NCBI RefSeq assembly: GCF_009914755.1
Contig: NC_060928.1
Reading direction: 5' to 3' (one strand)
DNA: 64,000 nucleotides
From: the human T2T-CHM13v2.0 reference genome, Homo sapiens
The first letter of the stretch is position 1. Each line of letters starts with the position of its first letter. Below, one piece after another: positions 40,366-56,550 of the stretch. The notes under the pieces were generated by a model. The model was given only the letters and a program-made list of their open reading frames with translations. It searched no databases and was not told where the DNA came from. Made by a program: the position numbers and the translations under genes.

Positions 40366-42441
40366 TACACACCAAAAATAGAGCAGCAGAACTATAGGAT
40401 ACAGTGACTTACTGAGGCATAGTGAAGCTACAGATAAGTAATCTAGCTTCCAGCCATAGAATAATAATCCCTGGATTTTATATGTAGGTTTTTAAAAATT
40501 GTTTCCTCATAGTTAGAAGTTGCCATTCTACAATTATATTACAGCTTGATTCTATTTCTTTATTCGGATATTAAAACCCTTAAATAATGCCCTTTGTTTT
40601 AAATTTAATTCTTAACAAGTAAAATAAAACAGCAGTAAATCACATGTTTATAATGGGTAGCAGCAGACCTTAAACCTTTACAGCATAAAAATAGCAGTCT
40701 CGAGTTGCTAACACATCAGGTATGCAATCTTCTGTAGAAAAATATTACACATTGTCTTAAGTAGGAGCAGACTTGATCTTCTCAAAACCAAAGCATTGTT
40801 GGGTGTGTGTGGGGGGCGGGTAGGGGAATTGTTCATGATATTTCATTTATTTAATATAGCTTCAGCAAATAATAGATGTCCTCTAATTTTGTGATATTTA
40901 TCCTTGAATATTATGACATTCATTTGCTTATCAGTGGTATTCTGACGGACTATTTTTCTGTGGTTTCATTGAAAGAGTTGATTGGTAATTTTGCAAATAT
41001 CTGAATTAAGTGTTAAGGTTATAGCTGTATATAATAATAGAAGGCTAATATTGCTCTGTGGTTTGTTACTATATATAATGTCCCTTTTTTTGTTGTCTGT
41101 TTTATTTTGTTTAAGGCATTAGAGAAGTGTTGACTTGAAGTGATGTTGGAGGAAATGATTTATCATGCCTGTTCCTTATCGACTTTAGTTTAAACAAAAG
41201 TGTCTTCTATACACAATAATCCTAGTGCCAGTGTTTTGAGTCTTTGCAAAACTGATACAGAATTCTGTCCAGTCTGAGTAACATCAAACTTTAAGTAGTA
41301 ATATCATCCACACCACTGAACATTTTGAAACTACACAAAGGAATGTATCACCATACTATTGAACAAGAACTTACAGATTCTTGGAGTTTACAATTCAGTT
41401 GGGGCATTTTTAAAGTTTTATTGAGAGGTGGTAGATTAAATAATGCAATGAATTCAATCCAAAGATCATTCTGTAGTGAAAAGATTTAAAATATGTCCTT
41501 TTCTTTAAGGACATAGAGTCCCATTTACCTAGTCTTCACCCTCAAGACACTGTCCCAAATAAAAATGGCTCTTTAAGAAATAAAAATATAGTAAGTGACT
41601 GGAAGTCAGAAAAATCATACCAAGCACAAGTGATCCTGAAAATCTATCTGCATATGCAATTATAAAAGGAGCTTTGTTTCTGACACACAGCAAGCTTTGT
41701 TTAATATGATGAGCTGCTGCTGATGCCAGCATCTGACTATTTGGTTTATCTGTTCGTAGGAATCACTTGTGTGAGATTGAATTTCAAACTATTCTAAGGA
41801 GAAGAGTAAATGAAAATAATATAATCAAACCTTGTCCCTTCAGAATAGAGATTTTCATAAATTATTTTTATTTATGTAACAATTTTTTCTCCTTTTTCTC
41901 TTCAACTTTTCTTTACCCCCTTTTAAGTATTTTAATGCTATGGTGTGACTGCTATCTATTCGTCACGAGTCAAATTACTTTTTTTTTACCAGCGCTTTCT
42001 TTAATGGCTTTTTTTGAGAAATCAGATGCCAGATTCCTCTCTTTGCACCAGTTAGGATACCTTTTTGTTGGCAATTTGTGATTTTCCTTTGCAAATGCTA
42101 AAAATTAAATATGATGTATAAAAGCAAAAGCTTGTCTTCTTGCCTCTACCTCGCCTCACTTCCAGAGTTTTGCATACCCATCACCAGGCTAATACTGTGA
42201 AAACATCATTTTCAAAACACTACCCCCTACCCAAAGTCCTTCTTCACCCCTAGTCATTTAGACTATCCCAACCTATCTTTCTGAACTTTACATCCTGTCC
42301 CCCAAACATAACTTAGTTATTTTTCTTGCTTCCATGCATTTGTTTCTGCTGTTTCTTCAACTTATGATACATCATCCTTCCATCGAGGCCACTAACTTTG
42401 ATTCTTTACGTCCATCAAAACTCAGTTTCAATAAGATGTCC

Positions 42442-42574
42442 TGGCTCACACCTGTAATCCCACTACTTTGGGAAGCCAAGGTGGGAGGATCACTTAAGGC
42501 TAGGAGTTGGAAATCAGCCTGGCCAACACAGTGAGATCCTGTCCCTACAAAAAATGAAAATAAAAAATAAAAAA
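42442..42574 (+). mobile_element. FLAM/AluJ left monomer within an L2-like remnant
   Basis: tggctcacacctgtaatccc...cagcctggccaacacagtgagatcct followed by an A tail, no right arm. Confidence 0.88.
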
Positions 42575-42864
42575 TCAGTTTGATTTCTTTATCTTCTGCT
42601 GAGTCATCTCTGCTCCTCTGAGGTCACTGTACTCTCTTTTTACTGTGACTTCATGACCCTCTGCATGGTACACTCACTCACTGTTCGTCACGTATATTAT
42701 TGTCCCACATCCTTTTATGTATTTATGCTCTGTCCCTAAGCTAAGTTTTACTTTATTGGAGTTGGTAGTTACATATTATGATTCTTTTGATTTTCCCATA
42801 CCATTTAACAAAGTATATAAAATAATATATAAAAATATGTTATATATAAAAACTAGGTTACTAA

Positions 42865-43320
<456 letters not shown>

Positions 43321-44543
43321 TAACATATACCACGAGGGCTGAAAATTATTAACATGTCCAAGTTAGTACGTCCCAAAAGGGTTGATGATTATTAATTCTG
43401 CAGCTGGAGTTGCACAACAAGCAAAAAATACAAACTAACCTCTTACAGTGAGCAAGAACATCAAAGTGTGAAAGATACCACTAGTTTCAGCCACATCAAC
43501 TTTCACAGAAGAGATACTGCTTTTTGAACATCTAGATCTGGTGCTTCTAACACATTGGAAAATTCTTTTAGTACCTCCATCCTGTGTAAGAAGATGAGAA
43601 AGTAACTGAAACATTTATCTTCATCAAATTCAAGGAAGTAATCTGAATACCATGAAATCAACTAAAGATTTCTATTCTTGGTGCCATTATATGATAAAGG
43701 CAGAGTGATGAAAGATGCCAAACAGGTGTGCTAATATCTGGTCTAGTATGACCTCAGTTCTTTTTTGTTGGTATCGTTCAGGTTAAGTTGTCTGCAGGTT
43801 TATTTTTAGAACTTAATTCATTGAATATTTTCTTCACATAGCATCTTTTATTTAAGAACATTTCTTAATGTTGAGTTTATGAAATCTATCAACCTGCCAT
43901 AATTTTAGTTTCATCCCATTTCATGTTATTTACTAACTGCTGTAATGATCTTATATTGGCTTGCTTTCTTCTTCTTTTTTATAGCATTACCTCTAAGGGT
44001 TTTGCTCCTAGGAGGTTTTAGCAACTTATGAATAACAAAGCATTTATATTTCATCGTAGCAAATAAGGATTTGACATTGAAGCTCACTAGTTTTAGCTTC
44101 ACAAATGCCTTTGCTCCTTTTCTCCTTAACTGATATTTTTTTATTTATGTCATCCATCTTCAAGTGAAATGTTGTATTTATATAACCTCCTCCTGCACAG
44201 AAAAACATGTTAGATTTGTTTAAAAATAAACTATATTTTCAGTTTTTTAGAGCATTTTCTGTTAAAAATATTGATTTTCAGAAAATGTTAGTGTATTTTA
44301 ATTGCCATGATGAGTTAAAATTTTTGAAAAACGAATTTCTACTCCCTTAGGCAGTAGTATAGTAGCTGTGCATTTTGGCATCTACAAAAGCTTTGGTAGT
44401 AATAGGTTTTTAAAAAATCTAGTTGTGTACCATAATGGTTTTGAGCAGTAGTAGATTTTTTAAAACTCCAAATGGCATTCACCTTAGTAAACATCTAGCA
44501 ACATACTAGGTCCTAGAGTTGAGCCTTATAATATAAAGGCTTT

Positions 44544-44872
<329 letters not shown>

Positions 44873-45063
44873 TAATCTTCTTTAAGTATTCTCACAGAAG
44901 ACTCTTCCTCATCTTTGTCAAAGAGGAAATACTAAATAAATTATTGCCCAGGCATTGTAATGTAGGTCTCAAATTCTAGAACTGAGTAAATCAGTTGTAG
45001 TTAGTAATGTTTTCCCTTTAAGACTAAGAATGTATCCCAGAAGTGGACTTAGAAAATAATGAG

Positions 45064-45878
<815 letters not shown>

Positions 45879-46734
45879 TAAATAGTCATCCATTAGTCAA
45901 ATATCCAAATGGGACAAACTTTAAATATGTATGTTTGTCAATGAATATCTTAATTCATTTGTGTTACGTATTAAGGATTTGTTTATTTTTAGAAAATTTC
46001 AGTGTTTAGGAAAAAATGCGTTATTAAATAAGTTTGGCCTTTGTTTAAGTCTATTCATTTATAAATAGTATATTCATAAATGTACTTTATTAGAAATATT
46101 TGTAAACCTGTGAGATCTTTTTTCTTATTCTTTTGCCAACTTTCAAAAATAGTTTTACTTTCATAAGTAGAAAAGCTTAGTCATATTATATTTTCCTCTC
46201 TTCTTCTACACCTAGCAGAAATTGACTTTATTTTTCTGACTCCATTTAAATAATAATCTCTCCTCCATTTTTCTTCAAAATAAAGTCATCATAGAAAATG
46301 GGAAGATGAAGCCATGGTCCTAAAGCACAGTCTCTGAAATAGAACAAGCATTGTCACTTTCAACAGTAGTGATGCAGAGGTGGGTCATTGCATGAGTCTC
46401 CTGGTATAAACATATATGAACTTTTCTGTACTGGGGATTAGAGAAGAGATTAAAACTTTCCTATATGTCCGTGAGAACTGGGCTGTATGTGATAATACAC
46501 CTGATGATTAAGGTCACATGCCAGTTAGCTATGGGAATCCAATTCTGTCAGTGAATTCAACTACCAAAGTAACACCATGTATTCCCTAAGAATGAACAAG
46601 AAAATCAAGCTTAGGTATATCCCTTTAGGAATCAACAGTAGTGTGATCATTTAAATACATTGTTTAAAAATCTTACTTAGTTTAGAAAAATTTATTGCTC
46701 ATTACTATACATCTCCATCACTACAACCAGCTAT

Positions 46735-46990
46735 TTCCTCATCTAACCATTTCTTTAGAAGAGGCTTACTTAGCACCTACTAAATACATATAGCACAATC
46801 AGAATGCAAAACCGATGAAATATCCTTGTAAGATACTTACTCTCTTAAAGAGGAGACAAAACATGTACCTGGAATATGTACATATTCTTTCTAACTGCCT
46901 TTAGAATCATAGAAAGCATGATTAGGGGTTCAAAGAAAAGATAAATCTTCTAGTGGATGCTCACAGGAGAGTCTTAGGATTTAAATATCC
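46735..46990 (-). mobile_element. L2 LINE remnant
   Basis: ttacttagcacctacta...cttactctcttaaagaggagacaaaacatgta. Confidence 0.55.
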
Positions 46991-49435
46991 AATTAAGTTG
47001 AAATGACCTTTGACAACTGAAAGCAATAAGATTCCAATGAAGTATCTGCTATAAAATAAGAGTTTGCAGCTTTGAAATAGTTTTATTTAGAAGCAGTAGA
47101 GAAAAATTTGGCTTCTCTGACACAACCAAAAAAATTAAAATTAAAGTAAAATAAAATAAATCCCTCAACAAACAACACACACACGCAACAAAAATACCAA
47201 TGAACAACTTTCATCAATTAATTCTGTGCAAGGAATTGGGTGATACCCATTTTCACTTAAAGAGTTTTTACTGTATTCTTTGTTTTAATCCATTCTGTTT
47301 AATAGAGTATGCACAATGGTGAGGTTCTGTGAAATTCATCTTAAATAATGTTGATGCCTGGGTAAGCAATATTAATTTATTTGTTAAAGGCTTGTTGATA
47401 TATGCCAGTCTACTGAAGCAAAATTTACCCCAAAATTTATAAATTTAACAGACAAAGAGTATGATCCTTAAGATCATTTTAGTTAGGCAGAGTGCATTTA
47501 CCTGAGAAGTAAATGATATATATGACATTTTGTTCCAAAGATGGTTTTCTAATTTTTATTACTTTATTTAATGAGCTTCCTGAGGACAATAAATATAATT
47601 TGACCATTGATTTAATTAAGGAGGTAAAAGACCTTCTTATAATGTAGGTAATATTTTTGGAAATTAATGAATGAAAGTTAATTGCCTGGCAGTCTTTCAC
47701 ACCAACTGTGTTGGCAATCTAGTGGCAAACCTAATAAACACTCTCTCATGTAGACAAATGTGCTTTAGATAATGATGGAGTTTTTGAGTGGGTGATTCCA
47801 GAGACAGTCATTCGAAAGGAGGACAATAGAATGAATAGAGCCAAATAGAAGAATTAACAAAAGCAGTGATACACAGAATTGTGAAGCTATTTACAGGCTG
47901 ACACTCACTGCCACATGTAACTGACTGCCGATCTAAAACCTATTGTTCCATTTTTATTGGGTAAAAGTCATAGGCTCTAATTCAATACTTAAGAGAAATT
48001 GAAGCAATCTTTCCCTTATATGGAGAAACCTGATGCTTAAAAAACATTTCAAGTTTTTTTCCTTTAGAATTTACTTCTTAAAATTGTGATATTTGTCTTG
48101 ACTTCATACCATTATGTCTTAAGATCATTTTTGTATTTGCTGACTTTCATATGGTTTTTGAAGTGTATATTTATATTTGAATTAACTTGAAATGACAACC
48201 AATTTTGAAGCAAATCTTTATTCTGAGGAGAAATGTTCTATGAATGCTTGATGACAGCATCTGTATGACTTGCATAACTTCTTAAAAATTGTGTTCTTAA
48301 AATAATAGAAATCAAAACTCTTTTGTTCCTAATAACACTTCTGGCAACAATGTATGATTACTATTTTTTAAAATCAATTTAGGTATAGTTATCCAGGCCT
48401 CTTCAACACTCATTGAAAGCATGACAGTAGAATTGTATCAATTCAGATTACTCAGTCATATTTATTCATAATCTCCAGAGTATATGTAAATATTTTCTTC
48501 TAAAGATTAAGCTCCATGTCACTTCAGTGTTGTTTTATTTGCCCTCAAAATGATAACAAGTTAAACTGTTTGAACACATAGTAAAAGAATATGATTTTCA
48601 ACTTGAGCTAGACAGATGTACATTTCCATTTGTTCAATAATCTGGGAAAACGAAAATTTATATTTAGTGAAGGACAGTTGAGTCAGATATCTCTGAATTC
48701 TATTCTGTGTTTCTAATAACCCAAATAAATTACAATCAAGAGAATATTTTTCAACAATTATATGTAATCTTATCTCCATTGATTTATATGTATGTATAAT
48801 TGAAGCATTATACATATTTACTATATAAAGTATTCTTTTATTACCTGTATAAAATATTAGGCTGAAAGTAACCTTAGAGATCATCTAATCTATGTTCATT
48901 CTACAAGTTGAAGAGATTGAGCAACATCAAGGCAAAATAACTCATAAAATTACACAATTATTGAAGCATAATGATGGCTAGAATCATTATGATGCCAGCT
49001 TTTCTTTGTTTAGTCAGAGATACCAGACCAAAGAAATGTAGAGTGTGCTGATTTCCATTAAGAGGGCCTTTATCTTTAAGTAGAAATTTATACAAATGTG
49101 GCTAAATCCCATAAAGTATAAATCAGTGGCATCTGGTTGCAAGCTCATTTTTCCTTTGCTCTTGTAAGCTGGGAAGAGATGGATATTTTCTGGACACATT
49201 GTCCCCAATCTTGGTTATGAAAGTAGATATCTTTGTATGATAATAAATTACTTCCCTTAGCATTTAAATGACTAAGACCGTACTCACTGACTGTTTATTT
49301 ATTTGGGGTCACTTAATTATACTTTTGCTAGCATTCATGTATAAAGAAACCTTTATTTCTTACATTTCTGAAGAGCTCCCTGTATCCAGCTAGGTTCTTA
49401 AATGCTTTTGTCTTCCTCATTGCCGTATTGTTTGA

Positions 49436-49451
49436 TGCCCCTTGGTGGCCA
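49436..49451 (-). promoter_or_regulatory. CTCF core motif candidate
   Basis: Minus strand TGGCCACCAAGGGGCA versus TGGCCACCAGGGGGCG; one core mismatch. Confidence 0.4.
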
Positions 49452-52400
49452 AATATTTAATTAAAGTCCCTTGAGGGGACAGTTTTCATGATTTGTTATT
49501 GGACATCTGCCAAAGCTTAATTCACCAAATTTTTGCCATCAACTTAGGTTACTTCTATGTATATTTTTAATACTGTCCATATGCCTTAAGTTTTAAATAT
49601 TCCCCAACAGCAATCATTTCTTACCATCTCCAAAACCTAAACATATTCAATTTCAACATATATGAAGGTTAGTGTGTAATTTCTTCTTCTAATCTGCTTA
49701 TAATTCTTTTAAGTTAGTGATTTTTCATTGTGTTTTTCTTTGAAGCACAAAGACTGTCAGCCATGAGGATGAAAATGTTGATTTAGTTAACTTAGATAAT
49801 ACATCAGTAATGATAAATATTATTTATTGAATGTCAGTTTTTCAACATTCTCTGTAGTGAGCACATAACATGCATCTATTTTTGCATTAAATTTCACTAC
49901 AAATTTAGGGAAAGTTTTCATTATTCTCAGTAAAACAAGATGGGTTGTTAAGTAACTTGCTCAAATTTATGCCATTTATAAGGAGAGACTCTTCGTTTCT
50001 GTCAAGATCTCTTGGAATCCAGGTTTTAATAATTTCAAAATACAAACTTCTCTTAGAAAGTGCATGCCTGTCCCCTGTTTACTGACTTCATTTATTGTCA
50101 TGTTGATTTCTATGGGATATGAAATTCTAGAACATGTGTAGTTTACAAGGAAGTTTTAAATTACACTGTCAGTGTTTTACTTACAAGTCTGTGGTTTGTA
50201 TCATTTGCACTGTTCCCTGGATTGAATATTTGTGATTTTATTTTAAAATCTCTTTTAGCAGAAGCTATCTAGTGATAATTGCTGTATTAGGTTTGTCTCC
50301 CAACAGTGTTTGGCTCATGAAGTCTTTTTCATCTTTTAAATTGTATAATGCATAGGGTGTTTAGATAATAATATGATGATGCAAAATCTAAAGATTATAG
50401 TTTTAATTTTCTTCTAGAGAGTTAATCTTTGTTTCTTAACAGATCCTACCTTGTTTTGTCCCTAAGACTATTACTATCAGAAAATATAAAATTATACTTA
50501 TTTTCTGTCATTATAAAACTTTTCTGGACTTGGAGAAAAAAAAAGAGTCTCCATGCACTTAAATTGATTTCTGTCTTTTGCAGTAACAAAGCAAAATATA
50601 TATTCTGAGTCAAGAAAGAGTTAAAAGAATGTTTTAACAAAAGAGGCTTAAAAGTCAGTAATCTTAAATTCAGTGTAACAGAATTAGAGATTTTATTTTC
50701 TCCTTTTCTGGAATAACTGCAACTCCTGTAATATTCAAAGTATGGAGATTGAAAGTGAAATTTTTACTGATTTTCATTGAAATGATTGCTGGTTTGACTG
50801 AGCTGACCTTTGCTTTAAATCAGAATTGATTGACCAATTGAGTCAACATGGTTAAATTGGTTGTGCATATACACAGAGACTTTGTTTATTGAATTTAGGG
50901 TATTCTGAGTAACATAATTTTCCTCTGCTTCTCTTCTGCTCCAGGAAACACTCTACTTTATGATGCATTTAATAATGTGTCGGAAAGCAAATGGAAGTAG
51001 AACCATACACAAGGGAGAGTAACAGTGGATTCTGCAACTGTTTAACATCCAAGAATCCTTTCAGATACTCATGTAGTTTGTATGTTATATTGGTTTTTCA
51101 TATTAAAGATGGTATCTAAAATGTGGCTTTTGTGAAGTTATCAGAAAACCAAAAGCCATTGGCAGTATGATAACCATCTATTACAACTGTATAATTTCCA
51201 ACCTCTAAGAATATTCTAGGAGTACATCCTAGAACATTTGGATAAATTGGAATGCACTAAGGATATTGCATTCTATCTCTATTTCCAAGTCTAATTTTTA
51301 TTGTTGCAACTGGATAACGCATAGAAAAGAAATCAAGTAATACATAAAGGAACCAATATAGATGCTAAGATTTGGGTGCAGGATATTTCTGAAAATAATA
51401 GTTTTCTTGTTCATTTAAAATATCTAATTTCCTTTATTTTGGCATACTTCTTATCATTTAGACATCAAAAACAGGCCTGAAATGCAAAAATTAATAATCA
51501 GAAGGATACGAGAGCCAAACCCTTCTGAGTTGTAGAGGTGCCTGCCTCTCAGTGCCAAATCAACAACTGATTTCATAAACTTAGTCTTCATGTTATGAAC
51601 TCTACTGCCAATGAAAATCAATAAAAACAATTTCCTTCTGCATTCATGATCCTCTCCTCACACTCTTTCTTCATATTCTTTTCAGGGTCATTTTGTCAAA
51701 ATGCCACAGGGCCATACAAAATGTAATTTTGTGTTTCTGTGTGTGTGTCCCATGAAACCTGATTTTTCTTGTACACTTTTGATTGATATAAAGCGTAACT
51801 TTGAGGTTTTAAGTAAAATCAAAAACTTCGTGTTTTTAATTTTGAAAATAGTGAAGGAACCACCAAGTTTTGTTGCTGTTGCTGCTGTTTTAGCATAAAT
51901 TTTGAGGCTGTGTATAATGTATATAATATATTACATGCAGTATAGCTAGTATAACTACAGAAAGAGAGAATATGTGTGTTTATTACATATGTGTATAATA
52001 TAGTATATGTGCTAAATTAATCTTTATTGGGTATCTGAGAAGACTTTGAGAGAATGAAGTGTAAAATGATGTTTTAACAAGAAAGTCTTTGTCAAGCCTC
52101 TGAACCTCAAGCATAACTGAAAGTTGAGATACCTCCAGATAGATCTATTATTATTTAATCAGTTAACTCACTCATTCATGTGTATGTACCATGTGGATTA
52201 CTGTAATGGCAGAGAAAATATATGAATGCCCTTTCCATCAAAAAGCTTATTCAGATAGTCAGAAGATAACATAACTTTAATACATGCAGGTATATAATAC
52301 ATCTTCTTTCTAATGCCGACAAATTTTTCTATGACATTTATGTGGTTCTCCTATATTTAATTCTTAGGGACTGAATCCACAAAATATTTTACAAAAAGAT

Positions 52401-52779
52401 TTGCAAGGGTTGAGCATGCTATCATACACGCTTTTTTAATCTGGGGCCTGACAGATTGTTAGGATTTAATAAATAATGGTAATTATTATTATTATTATCA
52501 TTCTAAAACAATCCAAATGGGAAATGTATTATTTTCCTCCATTTCACATTTGAGAAAACTCATCCCCCAAGTTAAGTAACTTGTAAAAGAGATAGCAGTT
52601 ATTAAGTAGCAATGCTGTCAGTCAAAGCAAGGGATAATTGATTTTAAATAATGGTCTTGTCTTCTTTATAATAAGGGAATGCATATTCAAATTAATGTAT
52701 TCAGTATTTAAATTTTCTGCCTCATTCTATAGAGTATAATGGTCTCTAAGATTGAATGAACAGGTGTTAGATATTGACA

Positions 52780-52960
52780 TGAGCATTTCTAGATGTTATC
52801 TCTTGTATGTATTACAGCATCTCAATGAGGGTCAGTTTTTATAAATGTCCCCATTTTATAGATGGAGAAACTGAGACAGGCTTAGAAACTTGCTCAAAAT
52901 AAGTAGCTGGTAGTAACTGGAGAAGACAGTCAACCCAATTCGATCTGAAAACTATATGAC
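52780..52960 (-). mobile_element. MIR SINE
   Basis: Core ccccattttatagatggagaaactgagacagg. Confidence 0.8.
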
Positions 52961-53179
52961 TTTTAAGCTTGATAGTGGACTGGCACAAAGTTGTATAAAG
53001 TGTTGAAAGGCAAGAAGATTTAAATGTTTACAGTATATCAAAAATGAAAAAGCAGGTAAAAAGACCAAACATTATATTTTGAGCCACATAATAAGTATCA
53101 GCACTGTTTTCAAAACAGAAAGCTAGAATGCTGTTTTTAAAAATTTAGATTGCCAACAGAAGAAAATCAGATGAAGTTT

Positions 53180-53990
53180 TACTTATTGTTTTCTATTATT
53201 TCATTGCAACAGAATTGTATGTTTAATATAAAAAATTTGGAAACAACACGCAGGAGAAAAAAGTCACCTTTACTCCTATCATCCAGATATAGGAACCTTT
53301 AAAATGTTGGCCCATGTCCATGCGTTGTCATTGTGTTCTATGTGTATACATGGAGTAAGTTCTCTCTGTGTTTGTAGGGCGTGTGTGTCTTTGTATGTGG
53401 CAACAAAATGTCCTAAGGCTTTTGTAATCAAGTACCATGAATAGGGTGGCTTAAAACAACAGAAGTTTATTCTTTCACAGTTTTGGATGTTAGAAGTCCA
53501 AAACCAAGATGTTGGCAAGGCCACGATCCCTTCAGAGCCTCTAAAGTAGAACCTTTCTTGCCTCTTCCCAGCTTCTGTGGGTGGCAGCAACCCTTGGTCT
53601 TCCTGGCTTGAAGCTATATCGCTCCAATCTCTGTTTCTGTCCTCACGTGATGTTCACCCTGTGTTTCTGTCTTCTGTTTTGTAAGTGCAATAGTCATATT
53701 GGACCCACCATCCTCCAGTATGACCTCATCTTAATTTAGCTAATTACCTCAGCAAAGTCCCTATTTCTGAATAACAGCAAATTATGAGATACTTGGAATT
53801 GGAACTTTATCTTATCTTTTTGGGGACACAAGTCAATTCAGTTCATAACACACACACACACTATACTTGTGCAAAACTAGAATTTTAGTTCATATATTAT
53901 TTCATAGCTTATTTCATCTAACATATTGTAAATAACTTCCATGGTCACTAATTAAGATTAATCATGATTAAAGTTCTCAAGTTTACTTGC
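53180..53990 (-). mobile_element. Old L1M 3' remnant split by MLT1C
   Basis: L1M-like aaaaatttggaaac...aagtcacc before, and tatattatttcatagcttatttcatctaacatattg after, the LTR. Confidence 0.5.
53395..53849 (-). mobile_element. MLT1C-like MaLR solo LTR
   Basis: gggtggcttaaaacaacagaagtttattctttcacagtt...ccagtatgacctcatcttaat...ggggacaca...cataaca. Confidence 0.92.
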
Positions 53991-56102
53991 TTAGATTTTC
54001 AGTAAAAAAGTTAAAGAGTTTTAATTTAGAATTTTGCTTTTCAAAAATGTGAATATATTTTATCACCCCAATGGTGCTTTTGTGAGGAACTAAGACACCT
54101 CTCTGAGGGATGCTGTGTAAACCTGGCATGTTATTATTTTCCTCTGGCAATGCAAGAACACCAGAAATTTGACTTATTCCCATCCTTTCACCTGCATATT
54201 GGCAATAAATATAAGATCTGTGTGGCAGCTTCAGTCTAGTGTACTTAGCTCTGAGTCGTCGTAACATCCAGGAGAGCAATTCTTCGGTGAGGTGGAATGA
54301 GCAGCACTTTAATAGCAGTGCTTAGTGGTAAGGCTGTCTGAGAGGCAGAAAAGAGATTTTAAATTAAATGGACTTTACTGAAAATTGTCTTCACTTTGTA
54401 GTTTGAAGTCAGGGATGCAATTTTCAACTTTCTTTTCCCTCCACTTACCTGTTGCTAAGAGATCACATTCAGGGTAAAATTAATGCTTCTCCAATTACAA
54501 AGCATGTAGTCAGCAAAGGAAAGAAAATGTAACATGCAGTCTGTTGGTTAGAACTTTAAAAAAATAAGTGGCATTAGAGAGAAAATCATGCATATAATAG
54601 ACATCTAACAAATGAGCATTAAGTCAATCAGCACGTACCGAGTAGTAAGTCTTAAACGTCTTGTCTCTGAGACTGTAAGAAATTCACTTTATGTTTTTGT
54701 GCTTTAGTTTATTCTGCTTTTTAACTCTTAGGAAATTAAAATGTACTCTTAAGGTAGAATTGACAGGGATATTACCCACTAGCTTCATCATAATATTAAC
54801 AGAAATCTCTTGTGTCTCTGGAATCTTTTGGAACCAGGAAAAAAAAATTACTTTATGTCAGGATTCTTTTAATTGTGCAATATAATTTCACTGCGAAAAA
54901 TTGAGTTATTTTGGTAATGGAGGTGACATCAGGAGATACATAATATTGGGTAATTGAGTGTTAGACCTAGTCAATAGTGCCACAGTTTTCCTTACATGTT
55001 CCCTGAAAGCTAGCATCTCATATATAAGTGTTCCTTCTATCACACTAACCAATGATCACCATCCTGTTTCATATCAGCCTCCTCATTTACTTAGTAAACA
55101 TTCACTGGACATCTAGTTCAACTAAGGCTCCACTTGACACTCTGTGGCATTGGTAATGCAACGTGAGACAAAGCTATTTTACTCTTAAGATTCACTCTCT
55201 AATTTAAGAGATAATATATGCATATATTATGAGGAAAGGAGGCTCTGTTTCTTTCATGTTAAATGAAGAACATAGAGCTAATCCAGCTTGATATTGTGTA
55301 ATATGAGGAGTCTTATAATGTAATAATAATGACATAATAAGGATAAATATATTAAGTCACCCCTCCTTCAAAAAAAGACTTAGATCTATCTTTTTTCTGC
55401 CCAAACACTAAGAAGCATTCAGAAAATTCATAGAATTCTAATTTTTCTCTTCACACTTAATGCAAACAAAATGAGAATTCAGATGGGAATTTAGTTTGGG
55501 TGTTATAATTAGCCAACCTCACTGACCAAAGCCACATTCGCAAACTTACCCGTCTCTCAGATGCCTTCTAATGAGCTCTATTAATCTGTTCTCTTCACCT
55601 CCCCCTTTGGAATTTCACTCTGGTATTACTCTTTTCAGATGCTTTGCTATAATGCTTGATTTTAAATAGGGTTTAATATATTTTGGTCATGCCATTGACA
55701 CAATACTTAACATCCCAAATATGCTTTCACATATGGAGAGTACCATCTGTGGTATTAAATATTATTTCATAAAGGTTCAATTACTCCATTTCCTTTAACT
55801 CTCCACCTCCAAATAGTAGACAAAAAAGGGGTGCATGAACATTTTTAAACATCTCTCCCATAAATCCATTAATTTAATTCACAATTTCTTAAAGAAAATT
55901 GCCTAAAGACAATGCAAGATAAAGGAAATAATAATTAAGCCATCCCCAGGGATAGTGGATGTACCTGAGAACCAGTTACTGATCATGATAGAGTAGAACA
56001 AGGACTGGCATGAGGAATAGGAGGCCTGGGCTTTATTCCTTTCATGGTCACAAGCCCAAGTTTTAGTTGTTTCATCTAGAAAATAAAAGGCTTGGGGGAG
56101 AT

Positions 56103-56278
56103 CCATGCTTTCCAAGTGTACTATGCATGGGATTCAGCTGTGAAGCGTGTTAAAAATACAGATACCTTAGGTCCATCTAAGTTTGGAAGAATTTGAACTT
56201 AGGGCCAGTGCCCATGAATCTGTGTTTTTTACTAACTCCATAGTGATTGGGACCTACAACAAGGTTTGGGAACCACTG
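56103..56278. mobile_element. MER5-like hAT DNA transposon
   Basis: gttaaaaatacagat...gaatctgtgttttta...gtttgggaaccactg. Confidence 0.75.
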
Positions 56279-56389
56279 TTCCAGGGATGTCTAGGATTTT
56301 TATTTCAGTTCGGAATGGATATGACACTCAATGTCTACATCAGGGGAATTTCATCACTGAGACAAAAAAAAAAAAAAAAAAAGCCTAAT

Positions 56390-56550
56390 TGGAATTAGAA
56401 GAACCAGTATTTTAGTCTGGGATCTGCAAGACTTTACACTTTTGAGATTCAGTTTCTTTCTCTGAAAAATGAGGATCGTGCCAGTGGTATTTCCGTGGGC
56501 TGTTGAATAGGTGATCGTACTTAGCATAGTGTCAGTAGGTATTAGCAGGA
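56390..56550 (+). mobile_element. MIR SINE
   Basis: Core tcagtttctttctctgaaaaatgaggat. Confidence 0.7.

Noticed and set aside
41704-41740. ATGATGA...CTGA box C/D pair
   Set aside because: The boxes are only about 30 nt apart, too short for a snoRNA.
51660-51728. Acceptor tcttttcag followed by a 37-nt exon-like segment
   Set aside because: Only a weak AAT|gtaatt donor follows, the length is frame-shifting, and such signals are common by chance.
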